DNA of 64,000 bases from Planctomycetota bacterium. Its GTDB lineage: Bacteria; Planctomycetota; PLA2; JAEUHO01. The translations under genes and the position numbers were made by a program. The DNA lies in the NCBI GenBank assembly GCA_965222115.1, contig CBDCTJ010000001.1, positions 224,001-288,000 on the forward strand, read 5' to 3'. The stretch's first letter is position 1. Each line of letters begins with the position of its first letter. Positions 57,187-64,000 of the stretch are shown one piece after another. The notes below the pieces were generated by a model. That model worked only from the letters and a program-made list of their open reading frames with translations. It did no database searches and was not told the origin of the DNA.

Positions 57187-59613
57187 ATGAGCCGGTCTCG
57201 AATCACACCATCGCGAACCGTTTGGCTTCGCTTGCTTTTCGTTGGTGCGATGGCTGCCATTGCCACGTGCTGCAAGTCAACGCCGCTAGACAACGTCTGG
57301 CCAGGTTGCATGGTTTGCACAGAGTGCCCAGCACCTGCAACGACTGAAACACCCGATGTACCCGCCGCAATGCCTTGTCCACCGGCAGAGGCCGTACCCA
57401 TGGATGCCACCATGGGCGAGACCTATGTTGCGCCGATGGCGACGCCCGCGCCGCAAGCCACAGGCATGCGCCTGCCGTGGGAAGTGCGTATCGAAGAACG
57501 CGTCTCCCCCACCGTGGATTGCAATCCTGTGCGCACCCAACACACCTTGGTTGCAACGGTTTTGGATCAAATGGGTGAACCCATGCCAGGCCAACGCGTG
57601 GAGTGGATTCTCACGCGCTACGGCAGTGCGGTTGGCGACATTGTGGCCCACGACGACCAATACGGTCCCGGCTCCATCGCCCCCATGGTGAACGCGCGTC
57701 TCGGCAACAACGGGAACAAGATCACCAATCACTACGCCATTTCGTTCACGAACTATGGGCCCGAATTGCTCGACTCCGGGAACAACTTCCCCTACATGAG
57801 CTCGAACGGCACGCGTCTACCCGACTTCGCAGTTAACCGCGGTGAATCATGGCTCACGATCACCTCGACGCGCGAAGGCGTGACCGACATTGTCGTTTCT
57901 GTTCCGGGCATCCGCGACGGCACGAAGCATAAGATCTTCGCTAAGAAGATCTGGGCCGACTTCAACGTTGAGTTCCCCGAGGACGCAGTAAGTGAACTCC
58001 CGGCTGACACGGTTGAAATCCCGGTACGCATTCACACGATGGATGGCTCCGGCATTCCCGGACACACGGTCGAGGCCGAGATTCTGGATGGACCTGAGGC
58101 AACCTTTGAGGGTGTCGAGGGGCCCACAGCCACCTTGGAATCAGACGCCAACGGTGAAGCGGTGTTCCGAATCAAAAATGTCAGCGGTGAGCCAGGCGTC
58201 AACCGCATCAAGTTGACCGCAATGGGCAAGTTCTATGGTGAGACGTGCCCGCAGTCCGTCATCATGCAGCAGGAGTGGCGCTCCATTCAACTCGACGTGA
58301 GCTGCGTCATGCCGCCACAAGTGCCCGTCGGACAACCGTTCACCAAGGTGATTACGGTCGTCAACAACGGCAACGCCGTCGCAGAAGCCGTATCGGTCAA
58401 TGAAGACCTTGGCAGCGGACTTGAGCTCGTTGATGGCGAGACGTTCCCCATGGAATTGGGCGACATGCAACCGGGCCAGTCCTTGAGCCGCGAGATTCGC
58501 GTGGTCGCAAAGGCCGAAGGTTCGTTCACCAACACCGTGCGCGCCATGTCCGGCAGCCGTGAAGCGGAAAACAGTTGCTCGGTGGAGGCCGTACAGGGCT
58601 TGCTTCAGATCGAGTCGGTCTGTGAGCCTGCCCAGGCACAAGCTGGTCAGAACACGAGCTTTGTGGTCACCGTAACCAACGGTGGCAAGGCACCGCTTGA
58701 GAACGTGATGGTCGTGGATGAATATCCCGAAGGCATCACGCCCACCAGCCAGAACTCGGCCAACTTGGGCCGCTTGGAACCCGGCGAGAGTCAAGAGATC
58801 ATCTTTAGTGGCGTCGCGGAAGCGTCGGGCACGTTTACCAACGTCGCACGGGCAACGGCCGACGGCAGCGAAGAGGTCTCCTCGCAGTGCACACTTGAGG
58901 TGCTTCAGTGTCGTCTCGAGATCGAAATCGCGCCGACCAAGGAGCGCATCGTTGTGGGCGACGAAGCCGAGCTCAGCATGGTCGTCAAGAATGTCGGCGA
59001 TGGCGAAGCCAAGGACTGCACCGTGCGCGTTACGTACGGTCAGGCACTTGGTGGCGGCTTTGAAGACTTCAACATCGGACCGCTTGCAACGGGCGAAGAG
59101 TGGGAGCGCACGTGGACGCGTCGCTCGACGGGAGCCGGTGAAGCCACCATCGCAGCAGACGCAACCTGCGGGGCGGCGTGCAAGTTGGGCCGCGAAACAA
59201 AGATTATCGTGGACGGACTGACCGCGATCGAAGTTGAGATGGTTGACAAGGGCGTTGACGAGGGCAAGCAAGGCGTGTTCTCGGTTGGCGAGACGTTCAA
59301 CTACGTTTGCAAGATCTCGGACGATGGCGGAAGCCAGGGCGCGCGCGACTTGGTCGCGGTGCTGCAACTTCCCGCCGAACTTGAGTTTGTAAGCGGTGAC
59401 GGTACGGGCGGCGTGACGATTTCCGGAAAGGGCCAAACCGCTGAATCTACGCCGTTTGATCTACCGCTCAACGGTTCGGTCACGATCAACTTCCAGGTCC
59501 GTGTGCTTTCGGCGCCCACGTCGAGCATGGTCAAGAGCGTGCTCTTGATCAATCGCAACAGCGACGGCGCGACGTTGGCAGACGAGAGCGAGAGCACAAC
59601 GCTTCGACCGTAG
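57187..59613 (+). CDS. Cys-rich exported DUF11/Ig-like repeat protein (OmcB-like architecture)
   Basis: Signal or lipoprotein-like N-terminus (ATCC); repeats P.QV.VG..F...ITV.N.G..A..V...D..P.G, LG.L.PGES, G.FTN.A. Confidence 0.8.
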   Translation: MSRSRITPSRTVWLRLLFVGAMAAIATCCKSTPLDNVWPGCMVCTECPAPATTETPDVPAAMPCPPAEAVPMDATMGETYVAPMATPAPQATGMRLPWEVRIEERVSPTVDCNPVRTQHTLVATVLDQMGEPMPGQRVEWILTRYGSAVGDIVAHDDQYGPGSIAPMVNARLGNNGNKITNHYAISFTNYGPELLDSGNNFPYMSSNGTRLPDFAVNRGESWLTITSTREGVTDIVVSVPGIRDGTKHKIFAKKIWADFNVEFPEDAVSELPADTVEIPVRIHTMDGSGIPGHTVEAEILDGPEATFEGVEGPTATLESDANGEAVFRIKNVSGEPGVNRIKLTAMGKFYGETCPQSVIMQQEWRSIQLDVSCVMPPQVPVGQPFTKVITVVNNGNAVAEAVSVNEDLGSGLELVDGETFPMELGDMQPGQSLSREIRVVAKAEGSFTNTVRAMSGSREAENSCSVEAVQGLLQIESVCEPAQAQAGQNTSFVVTVTNGGKAPLENVMVVDEYPEGITPTSQNSANLGRLEPGESQEIIFSGVAEASGTFTNVARATADGSEEVSSQCTLEVLQCRLEIEIAPTKERIVVGDEAELSMVVKNVGDGEAKDCTVRVTYGQALGGGFEDFNIGPLATGEEWERTWTRRSTGAGEATIAADATCGAACKLGRETKIIVDGLTAIEVEMVDKGVDEGKQGVFSVGETFNYVCKISDDGGSQGARDLVAVLQLPAELEFVSGDGTGGVTISGKGQTAESTPFDLPLNGSVTINFQVRVLSAPTSSMVKSVLLINRNSDGATLADESESTTLRP

Positions 59614-59636
59614 TCGGGTAGCGCTTACGTAACACC

Positions 59637-59682
59637 ACAGGCGGCGACGGTTCGTACGAACCCCGCCGCCTGTTTCATTTTT
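59637..59682 (+). terminator. Rho-independent terminator-like hairpin
   Basis: ACAGGCGGCG...CGCCGCCTGT then TTCATTTTT, just after the stop codon. Confidence 0.6.
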
Positions 59683-59796
59683 GTAGCCGCAGGGCGACCT
59701 GAATGTCCCTTTGCCTGCGGGAACTTTGGACGGACGGCGGCCTCGTAGGCATTATCTGGCACCCCGCGGAACGCTCGCGGGAGCGCCGGAGCACGC

Positions 59797-61491
59797 ATGA
59801 AGTCGGATCTTGAGATCGCTCGCAGAGCCACCTTGCAGCCCATCGAAGACATTGGCGGCGCTGCAGGCCTCCGCGCCGACGAGTTGGAGCCGTACGGGCG
59901 CCACATGGCAAAGGTCTCACTTCGTGCAATTGACCGCCTCAAAGACGAACCCTCCGCACGCTACATTGTCGTCTCCGCCATCACCCCCACGCCCCTGGGC
60001 GAAGGCAAGACCGTTCACACGATTGGCTTGTCACTTGCGCTCGCGCAGCGCGGCAAGAAGGTAGTCACCTGCATACGGCAACCCTCGATGGGCCCCTTGT
60101 TTGGCATTAAGGGTGGCGCCGCAGGCGGCGGGTATAGCCAAGTCGTTCCCATGGAAAGTTTCAATCTCCATCTCACGGGCGACATTCACGCCGTGCAGGC
60201 CGCACACAACCTCATCGCCGCCCACATTGATTCATCCATCCTATTGAAGAATCGTTTCGGGTTCGATCCGGAACGCGTTGCATGGCGCCGCGTGAGCGAC
60301 ACCAACGATCGTGCCATGCGCGAGATCATCATTGGCCTCGGTGGCAAACGAAACGGCGTGCCGCGCCGCTCGGGCTTTGACATCACAGTTGCCAGCGAAC
60401 TCATGGCCATTCTTGGACTCGCCGACAATCTACAAGATATGCGGCGCCGAATCGGTCGCGTCATTCTTGGCTATGGCAAGGACGGCAGTGCCATTACAGC
60501 GGACGATACCAACTGCGCCGGCGCAGCAACCGTCATCATGAAGGAAGCCATCAAGCCCACCCTCATGCAGACGATCGAAGGCACGCCATGTTTCGTGCAC
60601 GCCGGCCCCTTCGCCAACATTGCCCACGGCAATTCATCGATTGTTGCCGATCGAATCGCCGTGCGACTGGGAGAATACGTTGTTACGGAGGCCGGTTTCG
60701 GCGCCGACATTGGTGCGGAAAAGTTTTTCAACATCAAGTGTCGCGCGTCGGGATTGCAGCCAAGTGCCGCGCTACTTGTGTGTACCGTGCGCGCGCTCAA
60801 GAGTCACAGCGGTCGATTTAAGATCGTGCCGGGCAAAGATTTGCCTCAGGGACTACTCACCGAAGACATTCCCGCGCTCAAAGAAGGTCTCTGCAATCTT
60901 GAAAAGCAGATCGAGAACGTCAAGGCACATGGCGTGCCGGTTGTGGTTGCCATCAATAAGTTCCCCACCGACACCCAAGCCGAGTTTGATGTCATTACGA
61001 AGGCAGCGCTTGAGGCGGGCGCTCATGGCTGCGAAGTCAGCACGGTGTTCGCGGATGGCGGCAAGGGCGGTCTTGCAATCGCAGAAGCCATCGAGGCGGC
61101 GTGCGAGGCAGGTAGCAATTACAAGCCGCTCTATGACGTAGATACAAGCATCGAAAGCAAGATTGAAACGATCGCTACCAAAATGTATGGCGCCGATGGC
61201 GTGGATTACAAACGCGCGGCGCGCGAAGATATCAAGCGCTACGAATCGCTGGGCTACGCGAATCTTCCGATTTGCATGGCCAAGACTCACCTCAGCCTTT
61301 CGCACGATGCCAAACTGAAAGGACGCCCCACCGGATTTCGACTTCCCGTCCGACGCGTGCGTCTGGCGGGTGGCGCGGGCTTCCTCTATCCACTCTGCGG
61401 CACCATGCGCACGATGCCTGGCTTGGGCTCACGCCCTGCCCTGGAACACGTTGACATCAATGACAACGGCGACGTCGTCGGTTTGTTTTAG
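59797..61491 (+). CDS. fhs: Formate--tetrahydrofolate ligase
   Basis: TPTPLGEGKT, GIKGGAAGGGYSQV, HAGPFANIAHGNSS, TEAGFGADIGAEKF, CMAKT, TMPGL. Confidence 0.97.
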   Translation: MKSDLEIARRATLQPIEDIGGAAGLRADELEPYGRHMAKVSLRAIDRLKDEPSARYIVVSAITPTPLGEGKTVHTIGLSLALAQRGKKVVTCIRQPSMGPLFGIKGGAAGGGYSQVVPMESFNLHLTGDIHAVQAAHNLIAAHIDSSILLKNRFGFDPERVAWRRVSDTNDRAMREIIIGLGGKRNGVPRRSGFDITVASELMAILGLADNLQDMRRRIGRVILGYGKDGSAITADDTNCAGAATVIMKEAIKPTLMQTIEGTPCFVHAGPFANIAHGNSSIVADRIAVRLGEYVVTEAGFGADIGAEKFFNIKCRASGLQPSAALLVCTVRALKSHSGRFKIVPGKDLPQGLLTEDIPALKEGLCNLEKQIENVKAHGVPVVVAINKFPTDTQAEFDVITKAALEAGAHGCEVSTVFADGGKGGLAIAEAIEAACEAGSNYKPLYDVDTSIESKIETIATKMYGADGVDYKRAAREDIKRYESLGYANLPICMAKTHLSLSHDAKLKGRPTGFRLPVRRVRLAGGAGFLYPLCGTMRTMPGLGSRPALEHVDINDNGDVVGLF

Positions 61492-61496
61492 CCAAC

Positions 61497-62318
61497 ATGG
61501 TCGCCGTTTCCGCCCACGCGAGCACCCCGCCGGCGCCAACGCCCATCCGCGGGCCGCTGCGTGTCATACGAATCGTATGTTTCTCGGTGGTGTCCTTCTT
61601 CTGGACGGCGTTTTGTTTTGTCGTTGGGTGTTTCTGTCTGCTGTTCACGCCGCGTTCTGGCAAACTTGGTAGCTTTACGGCTCAGCTATGGGGCCAGGTC
61701 TTCATCCGCAGCCTTGGCATTGAGATCAAGGTTCACGGCAAGGAGAAGATCGATCGGAACACACCGCGTATGTTCGTTGCCAATCATGCGTCGTGGTTTG
61801 ACCCCCCTGCAATCTTTCTCTCCATTCCAACGCATGTTCGCTTCGTATTGAAGCGCGAGCTGATTCGATTGCCATTCATTGGTTGGTACACGGCACTCGC
61901 CGGTCACTTCTTGATCGACCGCACCAATCCCCGCAAGGGACAACAAACCATTCTCAAAGCGGTGGAGCGCATCAAACGCTACAACTTATCTCCCGCCGTG
62001 TTTCCCGAAGGCACGCGAACACGCGATGGGACATTGGGACCCTTCCGCACCGGGGCGTTCGCGCTCGCCATTCGTGCTGGCATCGACATTCAACCGGTCT
62101 TTATCGAAGGGTCTTACGAGATCTGGCCTCGACACCTCAATATCCCGGAGCGCGCTGGGGTCATGCACGTAACCATTGGCGATCCGATCTCCATTGCGGG
62201 ACACAAGGGCAGCGCGGGGCGCAAGCGGCTCTCGGCATTGGTGCGTACCGCACTCATCGATATGGGCGCCCGCGACAGCACACACGATCCATCGAACGGT
62301 TCAGCGAATTCGAACTAG
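61497..62318 (+). CDS. plsC: 1-acyl-sn-glycerol-3-phosphate acyltransferase
   Basis: ANHASWFD, IDR, FPEGTR. Confidence 0.9.
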   Translation: MVAVSAHASTPPAPTPIRGPLRVIRIVCFSVVSFFWTAFCFVVGCFCLLFTPRSGKLGSFTAQLWGQVFIRSLGIEIKVHGKEKIDRNTPRMFVANHASWFDPPAIFLSIPTHVRFVLKRELIRLPFIGWYTALAGHFLIDRTNPRKGQQTILKAVERIKRYNLSPAVFPEGTRTRDGTLGPFRTGAFALAIRAGIDIQPVFIEGSYEIWPRHLNIPERAGVMHVTIGDPISIAGHKGSAGRKRLSALVRTALIDMGARDSTHDPSNGSANSN

Positions 62319-63296
62319 CGAGCGCAGCATGACCGGGTCTTCAACATCGGTCACCGGTTTGATATCCCGAAGAAACCGCTGGCCGTCTTCCCAGTAACCG
62401 GACGTGGGGCGCAACCCGACGATTTGGTCCGCAAAGTAGCTGCTGATGCGTTCCATACACAGTTCGCGCGCTAGCTTGGCAATCAAGCTCGACCAACTCA
62501 CGGCTAGGCACTTTGCATCGGCACCCGTCATGATGCGGACCACGACGCGGCGGCCTGGCAAGGTGACCACGTATCGGCTCTCGGGTTTGGACTTTGTAAG
62601 AACGTCAACGCTGCCATCGGGAAACAGTGACGCGAGAAACTCTTCGTAGTGCACGCGCGAACCGTGCCTGTCAACCACCACCTCCACGTCCCCTTCCGGC
62701 TCGCGATTCAAGATGGACAAAATGAGATGACCGCAAAACATGCCCAACACGCGCGCTTTGTTCCCCAACGCATCGACACTTTCGTTGTAGGCCGGAACGG
62801 GAACGGGCAAAGCCACGAGATCGAGCGCCTGAACGCCGCGCGATGAAAAGTGTCCTGTGAGGGGACCGGTCCATGGATAACGTGGCAAGCGCGCGTCGTC
62901 CAACGAGCCATACCACGGCAAGTGTTCGAAGGTGTGCGGCGGCACGGCGGAATAGCGATTCAGAAGATCGAGCAACGAAGCGGGCGGGGCTGTGTCGAGG
63001 GCCGACGCGAAGGCCCCTACCGCCCGGGAAAGTCCCTTGAGGCCAAAGCGCCGAAAGATCTTCTTGGAGTCGTCGATAGGCACGGGGAGCGCCGGGTCGA
63101 AGTCTCGCTTCTTGGACCCCACTGGAGGTCGAACAATCACGCCGTCGAGGCGCGAGGCCAAGACGTCCTGTTCGAAATCGTTCGCGATGCAGTCGTCCAA
63201 ATCACACCCGGTGAGACGGAACGCAGAGGCCCCCACAACGAGAGGGCCAAGGAGTGGGCCGTAGCCCGCTTCGTCGATGCCGATGTGGAGCACCAC
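62301..63296 (-). CDS. Ribonuclease HII-like protein with insertions
   Basis: IGIDEAGYGPLLGPLVV, DDSKK, VDRHG, AD...VS.SSLIAK. Confidence 0.78.
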   Translation of the reverse strand: MVLHIGIDEAGYGPLLGPLVVGASAFRLTGCDLDDCIANDFEQDVLASRLDGVIVRPPVGSKKRDFDPALPVPIDDSKKIFRRFGLKGLSRAVGAFASALDTAPPASLLDLLNRYSAVPPHTFEHLPWYGSLDDARLPRYPWTGPLTGHFSSRGVQALDLVALPVPVPAYNESVDALGNKARVLGMFCGHLILSILNREPEGDVEVVVDRHGSRVHYEEFLASLFPDGSVDVLTKSKPESRYVVTLPGRRVVVRIMTGADAKCLAVSWSSLIAKLARELCMERISSYFADQIVGLRPTSGYWEDGQRFLRDIKPVTDVEDPVMLRSLVRIR

Positions 63297-63388
63297 GTCT
63301 CCCGAGAGTCACGAACGCCGGCCGTTGCGGCGGCTTCCAAAAGGGTTTTGTTGCCTCACGATGATCCAGCCCGGTCATAGTTGCGCTT

Positions 63389-64000
63389 ATGAAACGCAAT
63401 GCACGGCGCACAATCGCGCACCCCATGGCGTGGGCCTTTGCCGCGCTCCTGTTGATCCTACTTCCCTGTGCGGGCGCCGTCGGCGACATTCGCCCCTGGA
63501 CGCTGGACTGGACCAGTGCCGCGGGTGCGCAGAGCAGTGAACGTCTGTTGTCTCGCGTACAGAGCGCGATGGACGATGCGGTGCGGCGCGCCCCATCGCC
63601 CAGCATGCACTACGTACAAGACATTTTGATTCGCATGCGTACGGAGCACCGTCATTTCGGACGTCAAGAGTCTTCCGCGCTCCGTACATGGCGAAGTGCG
63701 TATGAGTTGCGAACGCAAATGCAACAGAATCAGGCCGGGCGACAGCAGTCGGTCGAGTGGCTCCAAATGGACGCGGCCAGCCGTCAGCAGGTCCTCAACT
63801 CCGAAGCCACTGAAATCGCCAACATTGAACAGTCGATACAGAGCGCACGTTCGGTGTATCGCCAGGCCAATACGCAACGACTACGTCGCGAAGAAGTACT
63901 TCGACGCTACGTAGACACGTGGGGCCCGCTGCTCTTGGAACAACGATTGTCCGGCACGCAGCATCCGCTTTCCACGCACGTACTCACATCCACATGGACC
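63389..64000 (+). CDS. Hypothetical exported protein (3' truncated by the window)
   Basis: ATG at 63389, MKRNARR...AWAFAALLLILLPCAGA signal-like region; frame open to the window end. Confidence 0.55.
   Translation, partial: MKRNARRTIAHPMAWAFAALLLILLPCAGAVGDIRPWTLDWTSAAGAQSSERLLSRVQSAMDDAVRRAPSPSMHYVQDILIRMRTEHRHFGRQESSALRTWRSAYELRTQMQQNQAGRQQSVEWLQMDAASRQQVLNSEATEIANIEQSIQSARSVYRQANTQRLRREEVLRRYVDTWGPLLLEQRLSGTQHPLSTHVLTSTWT

Noticed and set aside
58141-59436. 431-aa minus-strand ORF
   Set aside because: Shadow of the DUF11 gene

Overview
Bacterial chromosomal window, most likely Planctomycetota. This is inferred from the split cytochrome b6/subunit-IV Rieske/cyt b cluster, the tpiA-secG-yicC-gmk-rpoZ-coaC order, and the many HEAT/VWA, Ser/Thr kinase and DUF11 proteins. 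Housekeeping blocks (bc-type complex, aroF, tpiA-coaC, ftsK, rimO-pgsA-pgpA, fhs, plsC, RNase HII-like) alternate with accessory blocks. Main observations: (1) a translationally coupled operon of SET-domain methyltransferase, Pls/PosA-type membrane NRPS and PPTase; (2) a second FtsK-like gene with membrane domain, histone-like tail and gamma domain but no ATPase motor; (3) an in-frame-UGA selenoprotein (signal peptide, EF-hands, deiodinase-like fold) with a SECIS-like hairpin; (4) a tRNA-Pro tandem region with interrupted copies and co-varying hairpins; (5) two families of 29-bp palindromes; (6) rtcR/rtcBA next to a signal-anchored RHS toxin-immunity locus. Also present are a tRNA-Leu lacking the long variable arm, a MITE at the ftsK stop codon and an IS66 remnant. 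All family calls come from motif recognition by eye; no database searches were run.
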